Positions 8,511 through 18,280 of a DNA stretch of 64,000 nt are shown here, piece by piece (the stretch's first letter is position 1; each line of letters opens with the position of its first letter). The notes beneath the pieces are model-generated. The model saw nothing but the letters and a program-made list of their open reading frames with translations. It made no database searches and was not told where the DNA came from. This DNA is from a virus. The translations under genes and the position numbers were made by a program. The stretch is from positions 32,001-96,000 of IMG/VR virus record IMGVR_UViG_3300025133_000037; one strand, written 5' to 3'.

Positions 8511-9988
8511 TTATCGCCTCGATCTCTAATTTTGCCAAAGCCTTTTGAATTAACTCTATCCGCAAGAGATTTGCCCTTAAGTTTCTTTGGCTTAAAATAC
8601 CTGCCCTTAGAGCCTCGAACTTTCCCGCCCCCAACCACTAAGTCTGTAGGAGTAAAAAATACCCGCTCTCCATCTGGAGATACGGTTTCATACAAAGAGG
8701 TTGTAGTTTCGCTAGAAAGTTTTGTTAATTGATCTTGAAGTAAATTATCATTAGCAAGAATATCCATACTGCTTGACCCAGTGTCTATGTGAAAAATATG
8801 ATCCCCAGAAGACAGCCCCGTTATAAAGGAGTATTCAAAATGAATTATAAGCTCTACAGCAGCGCCCGATGCATAAGAGGAGGCGTTGGTTGAAACACTC
8901 TTTATTGCATCAGTTATATCATGAGGCCATGCCGTAGATCGCGACACATCTATTACCCCCGCTGCTATGTAATGCTTAACATAGTCTATATTATCATGGC
9001 AATCATTAACCTTTGTAACATCCCCGCCTGCAGACGGATCTGTTACAAGCACAAGCTTAAGTGAAGCCCGCACTGTTCCGCCGGATCTGTCCACCACAAT
9101 TTCTCCCGGACCAGCAAAACGCATTCCGTCCCCTGGTTCGATTGCCCTTATTAATGTTCCATTTATAATTTCCGCTACGGACTCAGGGCAGTCTCTGTCG
9201 GAATCATCGCCGCCGCCCTCAGACTTCTGAGAAGATGCACTTATTCCTCCAAATGCGTCTATATATATAAACCATTCATAAATGGCAATAAATAAACTTT
9301 TTAAAAAATCCAGATCCGCCGGGGTTTCTGAGCCTGCCCTTATTCTTCCTGCAATTGCCATCCCATTAGACATTGAAAAAGTTGTTATCGCTGAAAATTT
9401 CTCCCTCAACCTTGGTATAGCTTCATCTAAAACTATTTTATATGGGCCAGAAGAAGACCATATTTCAACAGTATCTTTAGCGCTATGAAGGTTTAAAGAC
9501 ATAATTTCAGAGGCAATATTATTTGCTCTAACTGCCGAATCAGATTTTATCTGCCTCTTAGTTATGTCATGCAGAATTGCCTCATTGCCCTCCACGCTAT
9601 CAATATAATATTTAAAATTATTATTGTATAGAGCTTTAGCCGGCGCTACTATTCGTTTTTTAAAGCCGTTTATTGCCTTTTGATGGACTGCTTGCTGGTC
9701 ATAATCGAATCCAACTTCGACCTTTATCTTCGTCTCAGAAAGCCTGGTAGACGGAAGACTTCCTGTTAAAAGGCTTGTAATTGAGTTTATAAGTGAGCCA
9801 AAAATCAAACCAGCCCGCTCAGTTGCGAAGTCCTTTGTCTTGCCTATTTCTACCCCAAGGCCAATCGCCTTAAAAGCAGCCTCTAATTGCGTGGCCAACT
9901 CCTTTTGATCCTCTGGAGTCGGACCCGGTGGTACGGGAGGTACGGGAGGCGGCGGGGTCTGTCCTGTTTTCTTAATAAAATCGTCCAC
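8507..9988 (-). CDS. Hypothetical protein downstream of portal (start revised to GTG 9988)
   Basis: GGAGG 5 nt before GTG at 9988, immediately after the portal stop; N-terminus MDDFIKKTGQTPPPPVPP. Confidence 0.75.
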   Translation of the reverse strand: MDDFIKKTGQTPPPPVPPVPPGPTPEDQKELATQLEAAFKAIGLGVEIGKTKDFATERAGLIFGSLINSITSLLTGSLPSTRLSETKIKVEVGFDYDQQAVHQKAINGFKKRIVAPAKALYNNNFKYYIDSVEGNEAILHDITKRQIKSDSAVRANNIASEIMSLNLHSAKDTVEIWSSSGPYKIVLDEAIPRLREKFSAITTFSMSNGMAIAGRIRAGSETPADLDFLKSLFIAIYEWFIYIDAFGGISASSQKSEGGGDDSDRDCPESVAEIINGTLIRAIEPGDGMRFAGPGEIVVDRSGGTVRASLKLVLVTDPSAGGDVTKVNDCHDNIDYVKHYIAAGVIDVSRSTAWPHDITDAIKSVSTNASSYASGAAVELIIHFEYSFITGLSSGDHIFHIDTGSSSMDILANDNLLQDQLTKLSSETTTSLYETVSPDGERVFFTPTDLVVGGGKVRGSKGRYFKPKKLKGKSLADRVNSKGFGKIRDRGDK

Positions 9989-9989
9989 A

Positions 9990-11690
9990 TTATCCTCCCT
10001 CAGGTCCTGGCGGCCCAGGGGGCGGTGGTGGCGCGCCGCCCATGCCCCCCATGTCGCCGCCTGGGGGCGGAACTCCGGGTAATCCTCCAGGAGGAGCGGC
10101 TCCCAAGCCTCCAGGAGGCTCAGATATAGATTTAGAAGGATCAAGGCCTAATAGCTCTGCAAGTTTCATATTTCCTAAGACCTGCTGTTCTTTGGCGAAT
10201 ACCTGCTCGTCAATCATCTCTTCTCTTATCCTACGTCTTTCCTCCTCGTAACTAAGCCCGAGGCTTCTGTGCAACGTTTGGAGGGAGACTTGTTTATTAC
10301 CAACAAATTGTCCTATCGATGTTATAAAGTCAGCCATGTCATACAGATTCATGTGGTTAAAGTCAATAGATGGAACCAGAAGTCTTTTTTCTCCATCTTT
10401 ATATTCAAAGAAATCTTGAATCTCACAGATGGGGGCGAAGACCTTTCTCTCCAGCCATTTCTTCATCATATTTCTAAATATATCATATCTCTGCCGAAGA
10501 ACTTCAAGCCCGACCGAGGAGCTTGCATATGTCGCAGCCTCCTGATCCATCAGTGCCTTAGGCGTCATAAGGCCTGCATATAAATTTGTCACAATATGCT
10601 CAATGTCAGTTGCTACATCTAAAACTCCGCCTGAAAAACCTGCCCGCTCAATAGTAACGCCTCCATGGGTCACAATCTTAAAGTCCTTATCATATTGTGC
10701 TTCTTCAAGAATATTTTTAAACGCCTCAATATCTGCTTGGGTTGGTCTATAATCATTATCTCCAGTTAGCTTAACCAACGTTAATGGATTAACCATACCG
10801 TCCGCTTGCGCAAACTTTGATTCTCTCAGCTTGTCATAAAGCATCAAATCTTTATAGACTGATACAACAATAGATGTACCTCTGATATCATAGGGCGAGC
10901 TCAAAAGCTTCAAATGAGACACATTAAATGCATCAAGAGGAATATTTTGCCCCTTCCTAACATAGTCTAAGATATGTTTTGGAATATACTTTTTCATGGA
11001 TAAGTCTGCATGAGAAGTAGAGTTTATTATTCTTTGCAGATTCGCATCAGGTCGTAAAGAAATCATTGTATGACTTCCTATAACAGACTTTTTAACGTGT
11101 ACATAGTCTGGGTTTAAAATTGTAATTCGATTCCAAACGCCCATACTTTCATCAAGCTCAGCATATGGGAACGCCTCGCCCATCTTCCAAAACTCCAAAG
11201 CTGCACCATAAACAACAGAATATAAATCAATCCGTTCAGCCATCTCCATAAAAAATTGTTGAACCTTTTTATTTTTACACGTTATATTTATTTTGCTGAT
11301 AGGATATGAGGCATGTAAATTAACTGCATTTCTAACAATAGGATGTGTATCGTAAAAAACGCGATTCCACGCGTTCATAGTTACTCGATCTCTAGGTAGG
11401 TTTAAATTTGCGAGCTGAAATAGTGGAGAGTAAATCTCAGGAGACATTCGATCTGTAGAGTGAGATAATGTTGGTGATGCCATGGGAGATGCGATTGAAG
11501 CACTCTTTAATATATTCGCACCCTTGTGCCTAAATCCTGGACTATGAGCAATCGAGCCATAGATTGCAGACTCGCTCTCTGCGTCAAGCTGCTTATTCGC
11601 AGCATCTGTAATCTCGGCTCGGCGTATTCCCGATAGAGATTCTGCGGCCTTTTTTGATATGGGTGCTTGCGGCCCTGTGGTTCTTTTCAT
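9990..11690 (-). CDS. Phage portal protein
   Basis: 566 aa directly after terminase; HPIVRNAVNLH, GEAFPY, ILNPDYV, HLK...PYDIRGTSIV motifs typical of portals; Pro/Gly tail. Confidence 0.85.
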   Translation of the reverse strand: MKRTTGPQAPISKKAAESLSGIRRAEITDAANKQLDAESESAIYGSIAHSPGFRHKGANILKSASIASPMASPTLSHSTDRMSPEIYSPLFQLANLNLPRDRVTMNAWNRVFYDTHPIVRNAVNLHASYPISKINITCKNKKVQQFFMEMAERIDLYSVVYGAALEFWKMGEAFPYAELDESMGVWNRITILNPDYVHVKKSVIGSHTMISLRPDANLQRIINSTSHADLSMKKYIPKHILDYVRKGQNIPLDAFNVSHLKLLSSPYDIRGTSIVVSVYKDLMLYDKLRESKFAQADGMVNPLTLVKLTGDNDYRPTQADIEAFKNILEEAQYDKDFKIVTHGGVTIERAGFSGGVLDVATDIEHIVTNLYAGLMTPKALMDQEAATYASSSVGLEVLRQRYDIFRNMMKKWLERKVFAPICEIQDFFEYKDGEKRLLVPSIDFNHMNLYDMADFITSIGQFVGNKQVSLQTLHRSLGLSYEEERRRIREEMIDEQVFAKEQQVLGNMKLAELLGLDPSKSISEPPGGLGAAPPGGLPGVPPPGGDMGGMGGAPPPPPGPPGPEGG

Positions 11691-11692
11691 GT

Positions 11693-13462
11693 TTACAATC
11701 TCCTCTTAATATTTGCCAAAGTAGACCTTGGATATTCGCTTCTTCTCTCTAACCCTGGTTTAATAGTAAAACCCTTTGTTAAATCAAACTTATAAGCCAT
11801 ATACGCATACATAAGCGCCATAAATCCGTCATTCGGAGTGGGGCCTTTTGTGAATGTCTTTACAGGCTGCCCTCCAGAAATTTTTATTTTTGACTCCATA
11901 GATGTGCAGTGGTCTATCAACCACTCTAAATATTCATAGCTTTTCCAAGGGAATCTAACCTTGCCTTTTCTAAATAAATCAATTAACTCATCTATAAGTA
12001 AATCTTTATTATAAGATATAATCAATTCGTCTTCTCTATATTTTACCGGTTTTAAAAGACTTCCACTCCCTTGTGCTCCTAGAAATCTTTCCCGATACAT
12101 TGTTTGAAGATCATGAACTACATCTTGTCCAAAAAACCAATCTGAAACCCCCCTTGTCACACCGAACCGCCTATACATCTCTCTTATAGTTTCTTTTTTA
12201 AAATCAAAATTATTTTTACGCAACTTATGAGCATGCTCAATAGATATAGTTCCATCGGGAGAGGCGGAAATGACTACTACACAAGAGAATGATTGCCCGC
12301 CCCTTGAATTGGGGTCATCATCTTTGCCGCCCCAGTCTACTCCTAAATAAACTGATTTTTCATTCGGGCTTATACTTTTGGCAAAAGATCTATCCGGATC
12401 TCTACACAGCTTATATACCTCCGCCTTAGTTAATGGTGCGCCGGCTCCAGAGTAAAATTCACCAATAACTTCATTCTTCCAAATCCTTTCAGTCTGGGCC
12501 GGATTATTTTCGGGCATCAATTTTTCTATATTTTCTCTAGTAAAGTATGGAATATACAATTGATTTATATGAAACCCAACATATTCACTATCGCCAGAAC
12601 CGGCCCCGACCCATCTTCCTAACTCTATAGCTTCAACTTTTTTTTGCTTAGTTCCACACAATGGGCACTGCACAATATTATCATATAGCCATATAGATCT
12701 CCATCTATCATCATCGGGAAGGTAAAATGGATAGGTTTTTCTGCAATTAACACACCCCAGGTGATAATACCGTTGGTCTGACATATCCCAGATCGTAGAA
12801 AAGTGACTGTTCTTTTCCTTCGGGGTTCCAAAGAAAACCTGAACCCCCTGACCTGTTGGACCATATTTCGCAGCGGTTAAAATCTTTGTAGCGTTACCAA
12901 TGGCGTGCCCAAACATGTCTTGAACCTCGTCAAAAAACACTACATCTGCCGTCATACCACGAATTCTATCGCCATCTGACCCCAAACTGTCAACCCATAG
13001 CGTTCCAGTGTTAAACTGCTTCATAGTCAGGTTGTCAACAGAGTTTGAGCTAATAAGCTTATTCTTTGTTACAAAATCATTTTTTGCTGTTCTTATTAGA
13101 GTTTCTAGTTTATCTTGAGAAAACTTTTTTACCTGCCCAAGGGCCGGAAATAAATGTACAACTCGAATATTTGGATTGCAAAATAAACCACTATTTGTGA
13201 AGAACAAGTCTAATGCTCCAGCCATAACAGTTGCACCGACCTGTCGGCCCTTCTTGATAACAACAGGCTTGCCATCCTTACGGGTAGCCTGTAGGGCAAT
13301 ATATCTATAGATATCGGCCATAAACTTCCAGCCGTTATCTAAGATAGTAAACTCTGCACCATCCAAGGTTAAATTGTTTTGAACAAAATGTGCGGGGTCA
13401 AAATCTAGAAAGCTGGTTTTTAATTGGTCAAATAATTGTTCTTCACTCTTTTTTTTTGCCAT
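11693..13462 (-). CDS. terL: Terminase large subunit (GpA-like)
   Basis: KKGRQVGAT Walker A variant, VFFDEVQ Walker B, FGTP motif III, CxxC...CxxC, GFHINQLY, nuclease GVDWG and C-terminal ND. Confidence 0.9.
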   Translation of the reverse strand: MAKKKSEEQLFDQLKTSFLDFDPAHFVQNNLTLDGAEFTILDNGWKFMADIYRYIALQATRKDGKPVVIKKGRQVGATVMAGALDLFFTNSGLFCNPNIRVVHLFPALGQVKKFSQDKLETLIRTAKNDFVTKNKLISSNSVDNLTMKQFNTGTLWVDSLGSDGDRIRGMTADVVFFDEVQDMFGHAIGNATKILTAAKYGPTGQGVQVFFGTPKEKNSHFSTIWDMSDQRYYHLGCVNCRKTYPFYLPDDDRWRSIWLYDNIVQCPLCGTKQKKVEAIELGRWVGAGSGDSEYVGFHINQLYIPYFTRENIEKLMPENNPAQTERIWKNEVIGEFYSGAGAPLTKAEVYKLCRDPDRSFAKSISPNEKSVYLGVDWGGKDDDPNSRGGQSFSCVVVISASPDGTISIEHAHKLRKNNFDFKKETIREMYRRFGVTRGVSDWFFGQDVVHDLQTMYRERFLGAQGSGSLLKPVKYREDELIISYNKDLLIDELIDLFRKGKVRFPWKSYEYLEWLIDHCTSMESKIKISGGQPVKTFTKGPTPNDGFMALMYAYMAYKFDLTKGFTIKPGLERRSEYPRSTLANIKRRL

Positions 13463-13464
13463 TA

Positions 13465-14073
13465 TTATCCGGGTGATGCATGCGCCATATAATCTGCTAT
13501 ATCTTCATTTTCTTCAAATGACATTTCTGCCTCAGACATATATTTTACCTCATCCGGATTATTTTCTCGACCACCAAGAATCTTTTCTATTAGGCTCTTG
13601 AATTTATTATGATCAATTTTACCCTCTACCCTATCAAAGCCAAGCTTTGGATGTTCTCTACAATGTGAGATGATTGTTCCATATCCCGCCTCGGGACGGT
13701 CTGAGGAAAACTCTTTAATATAGTTTAAAATATTTCTCAATGTATTATGTGTATCTTTATTGCAGGTTGAGCACTTGGATTTTCCGCAAGAGCATGACGA
13801 ACAGCCGCCCGTACCCTTCGAGCAACCTTCGCAGCAACTGGCAGATTTCTTATTTTTATCATCAATTTTAATATTTTTAACAAGCTCAAATCCCGCACGA
13901 GCTTTGAGGTCTGCCATTTTTTCTTCGATAGTGGAAAAATCATTTCTTTTTTTCATAATAGAACGCAGATTGCTGAGGTAATCAGCATTCTTTTCTAAAT
14001 TAAAAGCAAAGTCATTTACCCAATCAACTGTGGTATTATATTCTTCACTTATTCTTTGTCTATTTACCTTCAT
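13465..14073 (-). CDS. Hypothetical protein with Cys-rich segment
   Basis: 202 aa, GAGG RBS; CCEGCSKGTGGCSSCSCGKSKCSTC. Confidence 0.8.
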   Translation of the reverse strand: MKVNRQRISEEYNTTVDWVNDFAFNLEKNADYLSNLRSIMKKRNDFSTIEEKMADLKARAGFELVKNIKIDDKNKKSASCCEGCSKGTGGCSSCSCGKSKCSTCNKDTHNTLRNILNYIKEFSSDRPEAGYGTIISHCREHPKLGFDRVEGKIDHNKFKSLIEKILGGRENNPDEVKYMSEAEMSFEENEDIADYMAHASPG

Positions 14074-14081
14074 TATAACCT

Positions 14082-15137
14082 CTAGGCGAAATAATTTCTC
14101 ATAAAATCAACGCCCGCCTTACCATCTTTTGTTCTGCCATTCTCATCTTTGCAGCTATTGGGAGAAAATGTCCCTCTATCCTTAAAGATATGAAATCCAC
14201 TATCCATGCAAAGCTGCATAATCGCAAGCTCTTCTCGGTCATCAATAGAGTACTTATTGGACAAAAAGTCATACACCTCTTCTATCGGATGGCCGCCTGA
14301 TACATGAGCGTTAATCATTATTCCAGATATTGCCCGCTCAAATGGAGAAACTGCAATGACTATGTTTCTGGGGGTAGAGGCCTCTTTTTTTAAATCCTCA
14401 AACTCAACCGCGTCTCCAGTGACGCTTACCCAAGATGGTATTGCAGATGCTTCGGATTGCTTCCCATGCTCATCCTTTAGGCGCTTCTTAAGCTTACCCA
14501 GGTGACTCTTTAGCAACAAAATATCTCGCATTATATTTACACGAACATCCTCTAAGGCCTGTACATCAAGGACATTGTCATGGTCTTCTCTAATAACTTT
14601 GGATATTTCAGAATTTAATCTGTCCAAAAAACTAGAGGCTCGTTCACAACCAACCGTTGTCCTTCCATCATGCTGAGGGATATTTCCAGGATACTGCTCC
14701 TGAACATATTCCATAAATTTAGACAAATCTCCATCATTAGCATAATCTGTCTCAACTTCATCCTCATCATCATCTAAATCCTCAGAGCTTATATCGGCTC
14801 CTGGCAATAAGTCCGATAACTTCAGATCACCATGTTCTTCTACGAACTCGGCCACATCGTCACCAAGGCCCCCTAAGACTTCTTCCATTTCTTCCAAGCT
14901 TTCATTCCCTTCTACAAATGGCTCCAGCACGTCCCCTACGGTAACGCTATCTAAATCGTCTGTACCCACAGCTTCTGCCATTCCTGCTCCAAAAATTTCT
15001 TCAGGCAAAAGGCCCTCGAGGCCATCTTCAGAATAGTTTACACTATCTCCCTCAGAATACACCGCTGTATCACCCGCTAGATCTTCCTCCGGGAAGGCGG
15101 CTTCTTTAAATATCACTGTTTCAATTTTGCTGGACAT
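14082..15137 (-). CDS. Hypothetical acidic protein
   Basis: 351 aa, GGAG RBS; acidic N-terminal half; IFKEAA and LKKEAS motifs. Confidence 0.8.
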   Translation of the reverse strand: MSSKIETVIFKEAAFPEEDLAGDTAVYSEGDSVNYSEDGLEGLLPEEIFGAGMAEAVGTDDLDSVTVGDVLEPFVEGNESLEEMEEVLGGLGDDVAEFVEEHGDLKLSDLLPGADISSEDLDDDEDEVETDYANDGDLSKFMEYVQEQYPGNIPQHDGRTTVGCERASSFLDRLNSEISKVIREDHDNVLDVQALEDVRVNIMRDILLLKSHLGKLKKRLKDEHGKQSEASAIPSWVSVTGDAVEFEDLKKEASTPRNIVIAVSPFERAISGIMINAHVSGGHPIEEVYDFLSNKYSIDDREELAIMQLCMDSGFHIFKDRGTFSPNSCKDENGRTKDGKAGVDFMRNYFA

Positions 15138-15145
15138 ATCTACTC

Positions 15146-15580
15146 CTATCCTATTAAACTATAAATACCATAATATATATTTCTACTCTCATTATTATCA
15201 GAATAATGATCTAACGGATAACCATATTGAGCCTCAGGCATATTTCCGATCATAGTATGTGGATATAATGGGCTTCCGTTAAGTCCAACATTCCCCGCCG
15301 GAATATCGGAAGATTCACTGTCATACTTGCAATCTACTGATTTTTTATTATCAAAAATTCTATCTGCAAATGGACACTTTTTTGGCTCTTTTATCATAAA
15401 CATTAACTCTAGATTATCTTTAATTATCTGCTCTTTATCTTCTTCACTTTTTGCGATCTCAAGAGGGATCATGCTAAAGACCGCAGATCTGCCGTCTTGC
15501 TCCATAACTCCTCCTGTTAAATTACAGGCGTCTGTCACAGGAAGCCCGAATGGACATGTCTCAATATTACCTCGAATCAT
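15146..15580 (-). CDS. Hypothetical protein with Cys motifs
   Basis: 144 aa; CPFGL...C and KCPFA...C. Confidence 0.7.
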   Translation of the reverse strand: MIRGNIETCPFGLPVTDACNLTGGVMEQDGRSAVFSMIPLEIAKSEEDKEQIIKDNLELMFMIKEPKKCPFADRIFDNKKSVDCKYDSESSDIPAGNVGLNGSPLYPHTMIGNMPEAQYGYPLDHYSDNNESRNIYYGIYSLIG

Positions 15581-15606
15581 AATGCTAATACCCTATAAAG
15601 AAAAAA

Positions 15607-15616
15607 AATATTAGTA
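15607..15616 (-). promoter_or_regulatory. Candidate late-promoter element (TACTAATATT)
   Basis: Upstream of the run leading to terminase and portal. Confidence 0.45.
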
Positions 15617-15619
15617 AGT

Positions 15620-16435
15620 CTAAGACTCAATGTTCTTCAGCTCATAATCAGTCATATTAATAGCGTCATCCAAATATTTGTTTACAAGCTTTCGCTTAAT
15701 AAGCTCTTCTTTAAATCGACCTATCATCGGAACCATCGGCAGCAAACCCATCTCGACCAAATAATGCATCGTTATGTCTGCATTAGCCTCAATGGACTCC
15801 CCAATTAATGAGGTCAAAAATGCATCCTTTAATTTCCATCTGTTTTCACCCGTAAAAGAGCGTCGATTGTTTTGGGCATATTGCACAATATCCCCATCTA
15901 TTTTAAAGTTAAGTCTTGCAGCAAAATTTACTGCTCTAAAAATCCTTCTTACATCATCCTGCAAAGTAATCTTTGCGGGGACGCAAGTTTTTATCAGCTT
16001 GTTATCTAAATCTCTAAAACCATTGTTGGTCGGATCTATAAGGCCGTCTTTCAAAAGCTTCTGATGTAAAGTGTTTATAGTAAAATCTCTACTATAAACC
16101 TCAAAAAGCTTCCGATCTGTTATTCCAAGATCTTGCTCCAAAAAGCTTATAACATCACTGGAAATAAAATTACTTGAAAAATCTAAAGTTTTATTTTCTA
16201 AAAAAACAGAAATATGACTATCTGAGAATACCTTAAATGCTTTTTTTAATTCATAAGCAGACGTAATTCCCAGGCGGGTGGTGCCACTATCATTGGTTGT
16301 TATATCAATATCTCTAAAATCATTTTCTCTATTTAAATAAATATCTCGCGGAATACCACCAACTATGTAAGGCTCTGATATATAGTTTTCCTCACATATT
16401 CTGAATATTTTTAATAAAATATCATTAAGGCCCAT
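15620..16435 (-). CDS. Class II nucleotidyltransferase (CCA-adding enzyme / poly(A) polymerase family)
   Basis: YIVGGIPRD, DIDIT, RDFTIN, DDVRRIFRAVNFAARLNF motifs; 271 aa with no HD domain. Confidence 0.85.
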   Translation of the reverse strand: MGLNDILLKIFRICEENYISEPYIVGGIPRDIYLNRENDFRDIDITTNDSGTTRLGITSAYELKKAFKVFSDSHISVFLENKTLDFSSNFISSDVISFLEQDLGITDRKLFEVYSRDFTINTLHQKLLKDGLIDPTNNGFRDLDNKLIKTCVPAKITLQDDVRRIFRAVNFAARLNFKIDGDIVQYAQNNRRSFTGENRWKLKDAFLTSLIGESIEANADITMHYLVEMGLLPMVPMIGRFKEELIKRKLVNKYLDDAINMTDYELKNIES

Positions 16436-16458
16436 CTCTTCTCCACTAAATATTAAAA

Positions 16459-18042
16459 TTATTCAACGGGCGGCTCAATAACATCGCCAGAATCTTCAAG
16501 AACAGGCTCCGGCTCTTCCGCCTGCAAAGTCTCCTCTAATGCCCCAGGAATATTTGTCGATTGAGCATTGGCCAAAGCCTTTGCGTTTGAAAGCTGCCCC
16601 ATCATCTTCGTAACTCTTGTTAGAGCGTATGAAAAAGCATCAATTAATTTACTCTGAGATTCTGCTAGCTCCGGGAACATAGACGCAATACCTATCTTAT
16701 CTAACATGATATCAAATTCGGCAAGCTGTCTAATTATCCTTCTATCCGCCAACATGCCGGCAACTTCGTCCAACTTTTTTGCCGCATCCTCAAGGCTTAT
16801 ATCTCCGGCAAGCGCTTCATACTCGCCCGGCTGAGCACCTGGTATTGGCGTTATATCCTCAAGACTTGCCGGATCTACATCATCTGATTTTGGAATCATA
16901 TTTTTTGGATCATTTGGATCAGTTTCCGGCTCCTCTGGTAATGCAGAATTTTCCGGAACAACGCCCTCTTCTAATGCCCCAGGAATAGAAGCCTCTTCTT
17001 CGGCCTGGCCCTCTGGAGGCATCAGAGCCTGTTCGCTTGGAAGACCTTGTTCTTCCGGAATCTCTTGGGCTATTTTTGTCAAAATATCTGCAGCATTAAC
17101 ATGACCATGCTTATTAAGGGTTCCTGCAGCCTTGTGTGTTACGTCAGAAAGGGTTGCTCCCAACTTTAGCTGATGAACTTGAATACTTAAGTTCAAAAGA
17201 TGTTCTGCAAGCACCCTGTATTCATCCGCCTTAATATACTCGTCAGATCTTAATAACTTATCAATTCTACGGATTGCGCCATGTAACCTGGTCTTCCAGG
17301 CTCCGAATTGCCTGGAATCTTCAGCCGCCCCAACGGCACTAACAGCGGCTCTGTCAAAAGTTATATCCCCAAAGCTATCTCCCGGCATATTATTCCCGGT
17401 ATTTTTATCCAAATAGGCGCTTCCACTTCCGGCATAATAAGGGTTATTCCCCTGCCCAAGGTCTCCTAGGTAAATTGCTTTCTTTTTCATATTCTGTTCC
17501 TCTTCTGAACTGTATTTTAAATGCTCTCCAGAGCTGTAATACTCAAACCATTTTTTAAACTTAATATCTTCATCTTCGTCTATATTCAAAAAATTACTAT
17601 AATAATCTAAAGCATTTTGTTTTGTCATCTCATTGCTTTCTACCGCATTATAAATATGATGAACAACCTTTAGCCACTTACCTAGATCAAACTCTTCTCC
17701 TATAACCTCTCCCGTTCTTCCCGGATTAGGATATGCCAACTTTTTTATTCCTGATTTATTAATTTTTGATTCAACTATTTTATAATATGCATCATTTTTG
17801 CTTTTTATATCAAAATTAATTATTTTTTTTATTTCATAATCAGATATTTTAGCCCCAATATCCCTTGCTGCAGATTTTATTACAAAATATCTTTTTAACT
17901 TTGCCTCATTATCTATTCCAATAGACGACAAAATAACAGCTCTTTTTGCAAGCTCTTTAAAAGATTCTGAATATTCTCCTGCAGATATAGCGCTCAACTT
18001 ATCCATAAAAAACTTATTTACCCTGACCTCTTGCTTAGACAT
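16459..18042 (-). CDS. Hypothetical protein, probable head/core component (start revised to MSKQEV)
   Basis: 527 aa; overlaps upstream stop; several K-x-A motifs; Pro/Glu linker; helical C-terminal domain. Confidence 0.8.
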   Translation of the reverse strand: MSKQEVRVNKFFMDKLSAISAGEYSESFKELAKRAVILSSIGIDNEAKLKRYFVIKSAARDIGAKISDYEIKKIINFDIKSKNDAYYKIVESKINKSGIKKLAYPNPGRTGEVIGEEFDLGKWLKVVHHIYNAVESNEMTKQNALDYYSNFLNIDEDEDIKFKKWFEYYSSGEHLKYSSEEEQNMKKKAIYLGDLGQGNNPYYAGSGSAYLDKNTGNNMPGDSFGDITFDRAAVSAVGAAEDSRQFGAWKTRLHGAIRRIDKLLRSDEYIKADEYRVLAEHLLNLSIQVHQLKLGATLSDVTHKAAGTLNKHGHVNAADILTKIAQEIPEEQGLPSEQALMPPEGQAEEEASIPGALEEGVVPENSALPEEPETDPNDPKNMIPKSDDVDPASLEDITPIPGAQPGEYEALAGDISLEDAAKKLDEVAGMLADRRIIRQLAEFDIMLDKIGIASMFPELAESQSKLIDAFSYALTRVTKMMGQLSNAKALANAQSTNIPGALEETLQAEEPEPVLEDSGDVIEPPVE

Positions 18043-18280
18043 CCTTCTCCAGCCTCTCCAGTAACTCATCGATCTTATCGAGCCACTTCCTTTTTTCCGC
18101 CACCCTTTGGTCCTTAGCCTGTTCCTTGAGATAAGTCAAGTGCTTTATTAAGTTATTATTTGGAATCTTTTTATCATCATCATATATAGTTAAATTATCC
18201 TTAAGCCACTCGCTAAATCCTGCGATGCTACTAAGATTTTTAAACTCAAAAACCCTATGTATCTTTCCATCAATCAACAT
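18035..18280 (-). CDS. Hypothetical protein
   Basis: 81 aa; overlaps both neighbours in operon fashion. Confidence 0.65.
   Translation of the reverse strand: MLIDGKIHRVFEFKNLSSIAGFSEWLKDNLTIYDDDKKIPNNNLIKHLTYLKEQAKDQRVAEKRKWLDKIDELLERLEKDV

Noticed and set aside
9989-10144. ORF-track extension of the 8507 ORF overlapping the portal 3' end (possible frameshift fusion)
   Set aside because: The GC-rich Pro/Gly tail lacks stops by chance; a GGAGG RBS plus GTG at 9988 explains the gene; no slippery site was identified
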